Source: Pirellulaceae bacterium
GTDB taxonomy: Bacteria; Planctomycetota; Planctomycetia; Pirellulales; Pirellulaceae
Reading direction: 5' to 3'
Assembly (NCBI GenBank): GCA_041740995.1
Contig: JBGSKY010000299.1
Span: 1-61,880 of the forward strand
Length of the DNA: 61,880 nt
This document shows, one piece after another, positions 39,655-49,879 of this stretch. How positions within the stretch are numbered: position 1 is the first letter of the stretch; each line of letters begins with the position of its first letter. Below the pieces are notes generated by a model. That model made no database searches. It was not told the origin of the DNA and saw only the letters and a list, made by a program, of their open reading frames with translations. A program made the translations under genes and the position numbers.

Positions 39655-41106
39655 ATGACGCACAATCGACGCAATTTTATAAAGTCATCCTCAGTCGCCG
39701 CACTGGCGGCCCCTTTGCTTTCGAGCTTCCGAGGCTATTCGGCGAACGAGGAGGTTCGCTTAGGTTTCATCGGTGCTGGCGGACGTGCCGGCGAGCTCTC
39801 CGAAGCGTATTCAAAATGCAAAAATGCTAAGATAGTCATGTTCGCAGATCCTGATTTGTCGCGAGCTGGAAACTTGGCGCAGCACTATCAGGCTCAAGCA
39901 GTTCAAGATCTTCGCAAAGTCTTGGACAACCCAGAAATAGACGCCGTTGTGATATCGACTTGTAACCATTGGCATTGCTTGGCAGCGATCTGGGCACTGG
40001 ACGCGGGTAAACACGTGTACGTCGAAAAACCGCTGTCGCACAATCAGTGGGAAGGCCGACAATTGCTCAATGCTGCCAAGCGATCGAAAAAAATTGTGCA
40101 AATTGGTACCCAGCAACGTAGCGATCCAATGCAAGAAGCTGCCAAGCGATTTCTGCACGAAGACAACGCTCTTGGGGCTATAAAGTTTGTGCAAGCCAAT
40201 CGACTTGGCCCGAGAACTTCAATCGGGAAGAATGATACCGCGTTATCACCGCCTCCGAATGTCGACTACAACCTTTGGCTGGGGCCCGCTGTAGACGAGC
40301 CAATCTATCGTGACAGTTTTCACTACGACTGGCATTGGAATTGGAACACTGGTAACGGCGAGATGGGCAACTGGGGTGTCCACATTTTAGACGATGTACG
40401 TAATGTTGCTTATCAGGATCAGGTAAGTACTCCCAAGCGCATCGTTGGAGCGGGCGGTCGAGTTGGTTGGAATGATGCTGGTACAACACCGAACGTGCAT
40501 TTCTGCTTGTTTGAAACAGAAAAGTTCCCAACACTCATCGCGCTAAGCAACTTGAACAGTCAACCTCAGGCAAAAACAAGCTGGAGTTGTCCAGTCAACG
40601 GAAAAATTAAAGGACCATCTAGCGGCTACGTGATTGTCTGCGAGGGAGGTTACTACCTTGGACAACGTGGGAAAGGTGAGGCAATTGATCTAGATGGAAA
40701 GACAATCAAGGAATTCAAAGGTGGCAACTTCATGAATCTGCACATGCAAAATTTCATTGATGCCGTAATCGCCAATGATTCGACTCAACTCAATGGAGGC
40801 TTAGAAAACGGACACCACAGTACCGGATGGTGCAATTTGGCAAACATCGGCGTCCGAGCAGGGAAAAACTACGACACAAGCCGACTGGCGGCATCGAGCT
40901 CACTGAATGCTTGGGGTGGATTGATTGACTTGATGGAAAAACAACTCACCCCATTCGATGTAAATCCTGACGCACTAGTTGCAAGTCCGATCTTGACGCA
41001 CGATCCGATTACCGAGCAATTTATCGGAGAAAACGCTTCAATCGCCAACGAGTTTCTAAAGCGGCAATACCGTGCTGGCTTTGAAGTAGTCGCTCAAACC
41101 TTGTAG
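39655..41106 (+). CDS. Gfo/Idh/MocA-family NAD(P)-dependent oxidoreductase with twin-arginine (Tat) signal
   Basis: MTHNRRNFIKSSSVAALAAPLLS Tat motif. Rossmann GFIGAGGRAGE. Typical Gfo/Idh/MocA C-terminal domain. ORF track starts at 39559, but the ATG at 39655 is the likely start. Confidence 0.8.
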   Translation: MTHNRRNFIKSSSVAALAAPLLSSFRGYSANEEVRLGFIGAGGRAGELSEAYSKCKNAKIVMFADPDLSRAGNLAQHYQAQAVQDLRKVLDNPEIDAVVISTCNHWHCLAAIWALDAGKHVYVEKPLSHNQWEGRQLLNAAKRSKKIVQIGTQQRSDPMQEAAKRFLHEDNALGAIKFVQANRLGPRTSIGKNDTALSPPPNVDYNLWLGPAVDEPIYRDSFHYDWHWNWNTGNGEMGNWGVHILDDVRNVAYQDQVSTPKRIVGAGGRVGWNDAGTTPNVHFCLFETEKFPTLIALSNLNSQPQAKTSWSCPVNGKIKGPSSGYVIVCEGGYYLGQRGKGEAIDLDGKTIKEFKGGNFMNLHMQNFIDAVIANDSTQLNGGLENGHHSTGWCNLANIGVRAGKNYDTSRLAASSSLNAWGGLIDLMEKQLTPFDVNPDALVASPILTHDPITEQFIGENASIANEFLKRQYRAGFEVVAQTL

Positions 41107-41167
41107 CCGAAAGATGTAGGTATCCGCGATTGCCCTGATTCCTATTAACGACCTCTCGGATCCGCGA

Positions 41168-41926
41168 TTGAGTCCATACCGCGATTTAAAGAATCGCAAT
41201 CCAACGGGGCTGAGCGGCGTATTTGTCGTTGAAAGCAAGCTGCTAGTCCAACGATTGGTCGACAGCGAATATGAGATCGAATCGATTATGGTCGATTCAC
41301 ACATCGGAGAAATTCCATCCGCATGGCTCGAGTTCAATGTGCCAATTTATCAAATTGCCGAAGCTTCGCCTTTGCTCGGTTTTCATTTCCACAGAGGCAC
41401 GATGGCCTGTGGACGACGTCGACCGCTTCACGAGGCGACCGCATTTGTTGAAAATTGGGAAGAACGAAAAGCAACTTGCGCGGCAGCATATCTGCACTCA
41501 ATTCAGGACCCAGAGAACATGGGCTTGATTCTCCGGTGCTGTGCTGCTTTAAACGTAAATGACGTCATCATTGGGCCATCATGCGTCGATCCATATGCGC
41601 GTCGTGTCATTCGTGTTTCGATGAGCACAGTGCTGAAGTTGAATCTTCTGAAAGACAAGGAACCGTCAGAGTTTATTCAGAAACTGAACAAACATAACAT
41701 TATTTCAATTGCATCGACGCTTTCGAAAGATTCTTGTTCGCTTCGAGACTTCCGACCTGATCGACCCAGCGTTCTATTTCTCGGCAATGAAGCCAATGGT
41801 TTGCCGGAAGACTTAGTCCGTCAATGCCAGACGCGACTTTCAATTCCCATGCGGACCGGAATCGACTCACTGAATGTCAGCCACGCGGCAGCCATCTTTC
41901 TATACGCGTTGACCGATAGTGAATAA
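41168..41926 (+). CDS. TrmH/SpoU-family RNA 2'-O-methyltransferase
   Basis: SPOUT motifs NMGLILRCCAALNV, FLGNEANGLPEDL, IDSLNVSHAAAIFLY. N-terminal substrate-binding domain. 252 aa. Confidence 0.85.
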   Translation: MSPYRDLKNRNPTGLSGVFVVESKLLVQRLVDSEYEIESIMVDSHIGEIPSAWLEFNVPIYQIAEASPLLGFHFHRGTMACGRRRPLHEATAFVENWEERKATCAAAYLHSIQDPENMGLILRCCAALNVNDVIIGPSCVDPYARRVIRVSMSTVLKLNLLKDKEPSEFIQKLNKHNIISIASTLSKDSCSLRDFRPDRPSVLFLGNEANGLPEDLVRQCQTRLSIPMRTGIDSLNVSHAAAIFLYALTDSE

Positions 41927-42035
41927 GAGAAAGTCCATCATCAAAACAAGCTTAACGACTCTGGCGACCACTTGCTCCGCTTCATTTTCGATTCTGCGAA
42001 ATATTCGGCGATTGATAGTTACCGACGCGTGTCGC

Positions 42036-42665
42036 TCATAGTTGAAACAAACGCACCGGTGGTCCGAACTCAGATAACCTCAACGACTCGGCGTCGATCA
42101 GACTTGATTGGGCAGCGGTCCGGAGATCTAGAGGTTCTAAAATCTCGCAAGACTTTAGCAGAATGCATTCGTCTGCGTCCACAATTTGTGCTAGGTACAC
42201 CGCAATTGCATCAGACGTGGTTTGCCAACCTAGGGCCGGTACTCGCGAATGTTTCGCGGCGATTGCATTTGATTTGTGGAGGATCGAGCTATAAAAAGAA
42301 TTTACGCTTACAAGACTTACGCTTCGCCCAATAGACAAATTCTTATCTCGCTTGCCGGCCCGTTTTAGAATGCTGAACTCTTCGGAAGTTGAGATCTGAC
42401 GAAGGTCAAAACAACGCGAGTTACGTGCGAGGATTTCAATTGCGATCTGTTGATTTAACTCCATCAGCTCGACACATCGCCAGTGCATGTTTACTCTATC
42501 AAGGCGGTGGATTGCATCCAGCTCACGCATGGCTTCAACAGCCTTTCCACCACCGACGATCATCAAATATGCTGTGGGCGGACGATTTTCGATAAAATCG
42601 TTTAGACGGATATGCCAATCAGTTTGCGCAAGTAGGCTGCCTCCCAATTTCAATACGACTAGCAC
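42036..42665 (-). CDS. Amino-acid-kinase-fold (carbamate/uridylate/aspartate kinase-like) small protein; possibly a tetrahydromethanopterin-pathway-linked accessory protein
   Basis: N-terminal MLVVLKLGGSLL glycine-rich P-loop of the AAK fold. IVGGGKAVEAM. 209 aa. Separated by 9 bp from the upstream ASKHA ATPase gene. Confidence 0.5.
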   Translation of the reverse strand: MLVVLKLGGSLLAQTDWHIRLNDFIENRPPTAYLMIVGGGKAVEAMRELDAIHRLDRVNMHWRCVELMELNQQIAIEILARNSRCFDLRQISTSEEFSILKRAGKRDKNLSIGRSVSLVSVNSFYSSILHKSNAIAAKHSRVPALGWQTTSDAIAVYLAQIVDADECILLKSCEILEPLDLRTAAQSSLIDAESLRLSEFGPPVRLFQL

Positions 42666-42674
42666 AGCAAATTC

Positions 42675-43691
42675 TCAACTTGCTTCAAAGTAGTATTCTG
42701 CGAGATTCGCGACTGCGTAAGCCGGGGCGACGCGTGAAAGCTCGGGAGTCATCTGGTCGATCAAAGATACCAACGGTACATCGAGGCCAGCAAGTTGCAA
42801 AGCAGATTGGCAGAGGAAATCTCCATGCCCACTTAACACAACGCTGGTTAAACTTTGATCGTCAAAGAACCTAACACGCTTCGCAATCGCATCGGCGACG
42901 AGTCTGCATTGAGCTTTAAAAGTTGATTCAGCAATCGCGACCGCGAGTGCATTCGTGTCGTGATCTAAATCAGTCCCAATACATCGAAGCAATCTGATTT
43001 TGCAATTTAAAATCGTTCTTGGTCTACCGTCACATGTTTCCAGACAATTTTCGTTTGCAGGGAGACTTCCCAAAACCGTATAAACGTCTGCCGTGGAAGC
43101 AAAATATTCGTTGACAATCGGATATCGCTGTCCATTCGCATCGACGAATTGCAACAATCCGTTCACTGATGATCGTTCAATGCCTGTGTAAACAAGTTCA
43201 CCGCTGAGCAGGCGATCTAAATCGGAGATGGAATTGGTCTCTACGCAGTTTGGTTTAACCATAATTAGATCAGTTGTAGTTGAACCAATATCACATAAGA
43301 GTGTCAGACCATCCACGCGATTAGCCACCCATTGAGCCAACGCGCGCCAATTAGATGCCGCTAGCCGAAGCGGTTGGCTTGCGGCATCGTTAGATGATAG
43401 CCAAGTCCCATCGCTACCAAAGAAGGAGACTTCTTTATCCGGAAATGCTTCTAATACGCAGGCGACGATGTGGCGGACGCCAACCGTTCTACTGGCGAAA
43501 CAGTCGGCCATTTCGCCGGTCATCGTTACTGCGATCCGTGCTTGCGGGTTAAAGCCAGAACTAATTTTGACCAATTGTTCCGAAAGACGATGCGGATGCT
43601 TCCACATCGCAAATGGAATTGTTTTGGCTTTGCCGCAGTGACTGGCTGCCTTGATGTTCGCACCACCAATATCCAATCCAACTGTCGGCAT
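42675..43691 (-). CDS. ASKHA-fold ATPase of the hydantoinase/oxoprolinase-N-terminal-like family; resembles the 'H4MPT-linked C1 transfer pathway protein' family
   Basis: N-terminal phosphate-1 motif MPTVGLDIGGANIKAA. Second motif LLCDIGSTTTDLIMV (DIGxTTTD). 338 aa. Confidence 0.55.
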   Translation of the reverse strand: MPTVGLDIGGANIKAASHCGKAKTIPFAMWKHPHRLSEQLVKISSGFNPQARIAVTMTGEMADCFASRTVGVRHIVACVLEAFPDKEVSFFGSDGTWLSSNDAASQPLRLAASNWRALAQWVANRVDGLTLLCDIGSTTTDLIMVKPNCVETNSISDLDRLLSGELVYTGIERSSVNGLLQFVDANGQRYPIVNEYFASTADVYTVLGSLPANENCLETCDGRPRTILNCKIRLLRCIGTDLDHDTNALAVAIAESTFKAQCRLVADAIAKRVRFFDDQSLTSVVLSGHGDFLCQSALQLAGLDVPLVSLIDQMTPELSRVAPAYAVANLAEYYFEAS

Positions 43692-43716
43692 TTAAGTTGT
43701 CAAACGTGCATTGATG

Positions 43717-44649
43717 TTAGGAATCGCGATGCATGGCAAACTTGCGACATGCATCAATTACTAACAGCATATTCGATTGAGAGAATTCGTCCCAGCCTCG
43801 GCATCGATGACGAACGATAGCGAGTTTCATTTGCTCGACGGCTTCGGCCACATCATCGGGCAATTCGGGAAGACCTTGAAACGGATTTACTTCAGCCAAA
43901 ATTTCCGCATCAGTTTGCTCAGCCGTTTCGACGTTTGACTCATCGCGATACTCGCTATTTTCGTCGCCGAAATCGGGACCTTCTGGAAGCGGTCCGCCGC
44001 TGATTCGGCTGTCGTCATCGCGGTCGGAAGCCTCGCGATCTTCGGCTTCCGAAAGTGGTTCGAACGCGTCGTCATAATCAACAGCGACAATATCGTTGCT
44101 TGACGGTTCGCTAGCTGGATCGCCGCCCAATGCCGTCCAACGCTGTTTGCGCATTTGAGAAACGCTCCAGCTGCTTTGCGTTGCACCTTCAAGCCAGAGC
44201 GGCGCGTCATCCCAGTCGATTGCAGCCAAGAAATGGCTCCAGTAGAGCTTTGGATAACTTTCATGGTCCTTGCCGAATTTGGCAAAAACGCGGCGAAGTC
44301 GCCCCACATGTTGCGGCGATACGCCTTCGACCTGGCGAGACCAAACCTCATCGCTATAGTTCATCGCGTCATCACCGGCGGCAATGGCTGCCTCTCGCCA
44401 TTGGAAAATGATGCGTCCCTTTTCCCAATTCGTTTGGCTGATCAACTGATTCCAACGTCCAACAAATTCAGGACTTATCGACGCAGTTGCCGAATCATTG
44501 CGATCGTTGTAGAGATCGTTCAGAGATGACTCGATCGTTTCCACATTACTCTCAAATGGCAAATCATCGTTGATGGATTCGACGCGGGCTTCAATCGCTT
44601 TAATCGATACCTTTTTCAGAACCGGTTTCTTCGCTACGCCATTACTCAT
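43717..44649 (-). CDS. Hypothetical acidic protein (Trp-rich core, Asp/Glu-rich C-terminal half)
   Basis: 310-aa ORF, 25 bp upstream of the ASKHA gene on the same strand. No family recognised. Confidence 0.45.
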   Translation of the reverse strand: MSNGVAKKPVLKKVSIKAIEARVESINDDLPFESNVETIESSLNDLYNDRNDSATASISPEFVGRWNQLISQTNWEKGRIIFQWREAAIAAGDDAMNYSDEVWSRQVEGVSPQHVGRLRRVFAKFGKDHESYPKLYWSHFLAAIDWDDAPLWLEGATQSSWSVSQMRKQRWTALGGDPASEPSSNDIVAVDYDDAFEPLSEAEDREASDRDDDSRISGGPLPEGPDFGDENSEYRDESNVETAEQTDAEILAEVNPFQGLPELPDDVAEAVEQMKLAIVRHRCRGWDEFSQSNMLLVIDACRKFAMHRDS

Positions 44650-44998
44650 AGTTCACCAATACAAGACTCGGAAATTCTTAAATTGAGCAGTTCCCGGTGC
44701 AAATAACGCAAACGATTTTGTCGTGATCAGACTGGGGCCTGCAGCGACCAAGTCTTGCGTAAAAGTGTTTTAAAGAAAAGGATAATCGCTTCGGAATAGC
44801 ATCGAAGCTAACAGACAGTTGAACGCGATAACGATCGATTCGTTGCGTTCGAATAGAGAAGGCTTAACGACTACGCGACGCGAAGTATTTGATCGACGCG
44901 TTTTCCACACAAAAATACAAACGCATCCAACGTGGAAAAGACGTCAGCAAATTGAAGGCGTCATAACTCAAACTATGATTACACCAAAATTGGCTAAG

Positions 44999-46333
44999 CT
45001 AGTTGAGATCCTGTTCCCCGTTAAGTTGGGATTCAATCTGGTCAGCCTGCCAAGCAATCGCGGCAATTGTACGGCTGATCTCCAACAAATCGAGCGTGTC
45101 AGTTAGCAGGTTAGTTTTCAAGACAAGCTGTTCACCGTTGCCTATCGTTCGTAATGCGAATGCACCGTGTACCACTTGGTCATTGCTCCTTAAGATTAGA
45201 GCGGCGCTGCTTGGGTTGATCGGGCCGCAAACCGAAGAGATTCTTAAGACACTGTAACCTTTTTCATCACTAAGCCCCTGCTCAACCATCACGCGTTGGC
45301 GACGCATCGGTCCAAGTGGAATATTTAAGGTTAATTTGTCGGACTCATCAGATTCAATGTTCCAACCTGATTCGCCAGCCAATCGTCGAGTTGCGACCAG
45401 TGGCTCGAGAACATAATCGGGTTTCGAATTTGCATTGGTTATCGCCGCAGCGGTTGACGACGGAGGTGCGGTTGTCGACGCCGGCAATCCCGCGGCTGGA
45501 ATTGCTGCCGCCTGCATTGCTTGCTGCACCAAATTTGGCAGCATCATTCCGACGCCAAAACCAATCCCCTGGCCTGCTCCACTGCTGTGTCCGGCGGCTT
45601 CGATGCCTTTTCCGGTCTGGTACATCATGAAGGATCTCAAGTCACCCAAGGCAGCCATGCTAGAACGAGAGTCGATCGCTTTTTGAACTTCTTCCGGTGG
45701 CGTGACCGAGCTTATTAGAACTTCGATTAGCTCAAGACCAAGTTTTTCAAAGCGATCAGAGATTTGCAATCGAGCAGCGATGCTTAAATCATCCATCCTG
45801 GCTGGCATGTCTAACAGTGGGATGTTTGCGCTGGCGAAAACCTCGGTCAAACCGGCAATGATCTGGTCCCGAAGATAATCGACAATTTCGGAGGTTGTCA
45901 TCTTGCCTTGAGAACCGACGACCGTGTTGAGCAACAGCGATGCATTTAGGACCCTATAGGAGAACTTGCCAAAAGCCCGCAAGCGTACGATTCCAAAGTC
46001 TTTGTCTCGTAATGTGATGGGTTGGCGAGTGCCCCACCGCTGATCCAAAAAAGTCTGTTTGCCGACGAAGTATACGGACGCTTGAAAAGGAGACTTTTCA
46101 AACGGGAGTGAGAGCAGCTTGCCGATGATCGGTAGATTCGCTGTGGTAAGTGTATGACGACCTGGACCAAAATCGTCCATCGCGCGCCCATCACGAAAGA
46201 AAACGGCGACCTGAGTTTGCTGGACAATCAGCTGAGCACCATATTGGATCGCCGCAGAACCGTGTTCCGGGACTCGCGCGACGATGGTTTGATTTGTTGG
46301 GTCGAAGAAATCAATAACTTCCAAGCGGAACAT
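44999..46333 (-). CDS. SPFH/band-7 (stomatin-prohibitin-like) domain protein fused to a C-terminal YbjN-like domain
   Basis: N-terminal SPFH-like region (MFRLEVIDFFDPTNQTIVARVPEHGSAAIQYGAQLIVQQTQVAVFFRDGRA...). Gly/Ala/Pro-rich linker. C-terminal ~120 aa resembling YbjN (T3SS-chaperone-like) domains. Confidence 0.6.
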   Translation of the reverse strand: MFRLEVIDFFDPTNQTIVARVPEHGSAAIQYGAQLIVQQTQVAVFFRDGRAMDDFGPGRHTLTTANLPIIGKLLSLPFEKSPFQASVYFVGKQTFLDQRWGTRQPITLRDKDFGIVRLRAFGKFSYRVLNASLLLNTVVGSQGKMTTSEIVDYLRDQIIAGLTEVFASANIPLLDMPARMDDLSIAARLQISDRFEKLGLELIEVLISSVTPPEEVQKAIDSRSSMAALGDLRSFMMYQTGKGIEAAGHSSGAGQGIGFGVGMMLPNLVQQAMQAAAIPAAGLPASTTAPPSSTAAAITNANSKPDYVLEPLVATRRLAGESGWNIESDESDKLTLNIPLGPMRRQRVMVEQGLSDEKGYSVLRISSVCGPINPSSAALILRSNDQVVHGAFALRTIGNGEQLVLKTNLLTDTLDLLEISRTIAAIAWQADQIESQLNGEQDLN

Positions 46334-46601
46334 GCAATCACCCTGCCGGATTCAAAAACAAATAAGTTGGTCTACAATACGTTGGCGGTCGAATTATAAC
46401 CGGAATATGGAGAGCGTGATTGAGCATTCAAATATTCCGCTATTAGAGTTGAGCGTGGACTTCGGATTGAGATGCAACAATAAAATTGACTGGTTCAATA
46501 AGTCGATATAACTCATTGACTGACCACTTAGTGGCATTGTCCAAACCAGATTTGTAAATAGAGCAACGGCCAATAAGCTGACTCAGAAGGAATAAAACAA
46601 G

Positions 46602-47639
46602 ATGAAAGCAATGCTGTTGGGCGAATACAAGAAGTTGACGATTGTGGATATGCCTGAACCCGATTTCGGCTCGAATGATTTACTGGTTTCGGTTCAAGCC
46701 TGCGGAATTTGTGGCAGTGATATTCACGGTTATGATGGGTCCAGCGGTAGACGTATTCCGCCGTTGGTGATGGGTCACGAAGCGTCTGGTATCGTGTCCA
46801 AAGTTGGCCGCGACGTTAGCAAGTTTCGCGAGGGAGATCGAGTTACATTCGATTCGACAGTTTCTTGCGGCAATTGCTCGAATTGCCGTTCTGGCCGAGT
46901 CAATCTTTGTTTGAATCGACAGGTGTTAGGTGTTTCATGCGGCGAATATCGAAGGCACGGCGCGTTTGCGGAATATGTGGTAGTGCCGCAAAACATTGCA
47001 TATCATCTGCCTGACGAGTTGTCGTTTGAACATGCAGCGTTAATCGAGGCTGTTTCGATTGCGGTACATGCAACTAATCGGACGCCAAAACTTCTTGGCC
47101 AAAGAGCTGTGATTGTTGGTTCAGGCATGATTGGACTGCTTGTTATACAAGCGATTAAGCTTGCAGGCTTCGCAGAGATTATTGCAGTCGATCTGGACGA
47201 CGAAAAACTCGATAAAGCTTTGTCGCTCGGAGCAACACACGTTTTGAATGCCGCCAAGTGTGATGTTGAACAAGAGGTCATGAAGTTGACCAACGATCAG
47301 GGGAGCGACGTGGCCCTGGAAGTTGTTGGCGCGACTGCAACCATTCAGACGGCCATCAACTGCACGCGACGTGGAGGTGCAGTGACCCTAGTTGGAAATC
47401 TTGCGCCCAAGATCGAATTGCCTTTGCAAAGTGTTGTTACGCGAGAGTTGTCGCTTTTCGGATCTTGCGCCAGCAATGGAGAGATTCCAGAATGTATCCG
47501 TATGTTGAGTAGCGGTGCAATCGACGTTCGCCCGCTGATCACTGCAACCGCCAGTCTCGAAGATGGACCCGCATGGTTCGAGCGGCTTTACGGTGGTGAA
47601 AAAGGTGCGATGAAAGTAATTCTCGCGCCGAATCGATAG
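46602..47639 (+). CDS. Zinc-dependent alcohol/polyol dehydrogenase (MDR family; sorbitol/threonine dehydrogenase-like)
   Basis: Catalytic-Zn GHEASGIV. Structural-Zn CGNCSNCRSGRVNLC. Rossmann VGSGMIGLL. 345 aa. Confidence 0.88.
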   Translation: MKAMLLGEYKKLTIVDMPEPDFGSNDLLVSVQACGICGSDIHGYDGSSGRRIPPLVMGHEASGIVSKVGRDVSKFREGDRVTFDSTVSCGNCSNCRSGRVNLCLNRQVLGVSCGEYRRHGAFAEYVVVPQNIAYHLPDELSFEHAALIEAVSIAVHATNRTPKLLGQRAVIVGSGMIGLLVIQAIKLAGFAEIIAVDLDDEKLDKALSLGATHVLNAAKCDVEQEVMKLTNDQGSDVALEVVGATATIQTAINCTRRGGAVTLVGNLAPKIELPLQSVVTRELSLFGSCASNGEIPECIRMLSSGAIDVRPLITATASLEDGPAWFERLYGGEKGAMKVILAPNR

Positions 47640-47839
47640 CGAGCCAGCTCAGGCAATTAGATTTCATGTCGAGCCAACCACGCTTTGTGCGAGGCGTGCT
47701 GTGCGGCTGGCATTTCAATCTTCTCCGTCGGTTTCGTTCAGTCGCTCATCTACTCTGCGCAAGTCGAATCCGTTAAAACGAGACTACCTGTTTTCCTGAA
47801 GTACGTCTCGTTGTTTCTTTCGCTTGAAGCTGGTTTTGT

Positions 47840-49199
47840 ATGACAAATCGTCTTTTGCTCTGGTCGATTACCGCCGCATTAGCAGGCTTTCTATTCGGTT
47901 TCGATACGGTTGTCATATCTGGCGCAGAGAAGACCATTCAAAATCTCTGGTCGCTCAACGCCACTCAACATGGCCTCGCGATGAGTATGGCTCTCTGGGG
48001 CACCGTTGTAGGTTCGTTGATTGGCAGTTGGCCGACCGATCGATTTGGTCGTAAGCAAACATTAATTTGGATTGGCGTACTCTATTTGATTTCGGCTATT
48101 TGGTCTGGGCTAGCGACTGATGTCTATGCATTCATGATCGCTCGATTTGTTGGAGGCGTTGGCGTAGGCATATCCACCGTTGCTGCTCCTTTGTTTATTT
48201 CGGAAATTTCGCCGCCGTCTAAACGCGGGCGACTGGCAGGGATGTTTCAATTTAATATTGTTTTTGGAATCTTGCTCGCGTATGCCTCAAACGCGGCCTT
48301 AAGCGGAATTGGCGAAAACGCTTGGCGAAAACGCTTGGCGATGGATGCTGGGCGTCGAAGCGATACCCGCATTAATTTACACCGTGATGTGCATCTCTTT
48401 GCCAGAGAGTCCGCGATGGTTGATCACAAACCGAGGGCAGGAAAAAGGGGCAGCTGCTATTCTTCAGTTAGCAAATCCGGAACTCACAGAAGCTCAAGTG
48501 CAGTCGCTTGTTAGCGACATTCAAATTGCTTCTTCTAGATCGGTGCGAGGTCAAGCGTTTTGGACTTGGCGTTTGCGAGTCCCAATCGCATTGGCATTCT
48601 TTGTCGCCTTTTTTAACCAGCTTTCCGGTATCAATGCCATTCTCTATTTTGCACCTCGGATTTTCGAATTGGCGGGGCTTGAGCAACAAGCGGCGCTCCT
48701 TCAGTCAATCGGCATCGGTTTTGTGAACTTGATTTTCACATTTGTTGGCCTTTGGCTAATCGACCGTTTGGGCCGTCGAGCACTATTGCTGATCGGTTCA
48801 ATTGGTTACATCGTTTCATTAGGACTATGCGCTTGGGCTTTTAAGGTCGAGTGGTTTGGAATTGTTCCAACGTGCATTTTTGCATTCATCGCTGCTCATG
48901 CAATTGGTCAAGGTGCGGTGATCTGGGTATTGATATCGGAAATTTTTCCAAACAATCAACGTGCCGCTGGTCAATCCTTGGGAAGCTTCACTCACTGGAT
49001 TTTTGCTGCGTTGTTGACGTCATTCTTTCCGGCAATGGTAAGTGCTTTCGCTCCCGAGCAAGTCTTCCTGTTCTTCTGTTTAATGATGGTTCTGCAATTG
49101 GTTTGGGTGATCTTCTACGTCCCGGAAACAAAGGGCATACCGTTGGAAGAAATGCAGCGCAAGCTCGGCATCCTGGCAGATGACAAAGCCACAAGGTGA
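47840..49199 (+). pseudogene. MFS sugar porter (sugar:H+ symporter family), disrupted by a frameshift from a 13-bp tandem duplication
   Basis: Two overlapping ORFs in different frames (47840-48514 and 48309-49199) together encode a 12-TM sugar porter (GRK-motif region, ...PESPRWL..., PETKG). ggcgaaaacgctt occurs twice in tandem at 48311-48336; deleting one copy restores ...GIGENAWRWMLGVEAIPALIY... Confidence 0.8.
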
Positions 49200-49220
49200 G
49201 TTTGCGGCACAGACGAAGAT

Positions 49221-49766
49221 TTACGAAACTTGCTTGAGATCGACAATAACGTCGGAAAACCGTGTTGGAGAGATAGTGCCCCCGTGGAGACTCTCTTTAT
49301 ATCGACCATTTTTTGAAACAAGGATTGTTAGAGTTTGCTCAAAAGGATCGACAATCCAGTATTCAGGAACCTGGTGTTGCTCGTAGACCACGCGTTTTTT
49401 CACCCAGTCGATATCAATCGTCGATGGTGACAATATCTCGACAACCAAATCGGGAGATCCCATTATTTGGCTTGGCATAATCATCTGAGATCGCTCCTTG
49501 GCAATCACAGCGATGTCTGGTTGCACAATGTTGTGCAATCCCAATTGCACATCGATCGGGGCATTAAAGACTTGGCCACGACCGGCCAACTCGATCTGAG
49601 CATCAAGCTGAAATTGTATTCGACGCGATACTGTCTGATGATAGGTACTTGGAGTTGGCGTCACGAAATGTTTTCCGTCGACTATGTGATGGCGCTGACC
49701 ATCCTCGGGAATAAGGCAATAGTGTTGATAAGTCAATTTGACTGCGGCATTGCTTTGCGGAGTCAT
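49221..49766 (-). CDS. Uma2-family (DUF820) putative restriction-endonuclease-like protein
   Basis: Characteristic Uma2 layout: ...YQHYCLIPEDGQRHHIVDGK... and PD-(D/E)xK-like ...QPDIAVIAKE...PDLVVEILSPST. 181 aa. Confidence 0.75.
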   Translation of the reverse strand: MTPQSNAAVKLTYQHYCLIPEDGQRHHIVDGKHFVTPTPSTYHQTVSRRIQFQLDAQIELAGRGQVFNAPIDVQLGLHNIVQPDIAVIAKERSQMIMPSQIMGSPDLVVEILSPSTIDIDWVKKRVVYEQHQVPEYWIVDPFEQTLTILVSKNGRYKESLHGGTISPTRFSDVIVDLKQVS

Positions 49767-49879
49767 GAAATTGCCACTAAAAAGATCGATAGAAGAATCT
49801 ACTGTCGAGTGTCAAATATACACGTTTGGCTTCGTATCGGCCAAGAGTTTCGTTGGCTCACTTTTCTGACTGCAATTGC

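Noticed and set aside
47840-49199. Two separate transporter genes (a split or two-component MFS)
   Set aside because: The two ORFs overlap by about 200 nt in different frames. The overlap is exactly explained by a 13-nt tandem repeat, and the TM topology is only complete when the two are fused. Pseudogene or sequencing error is the better explanation.
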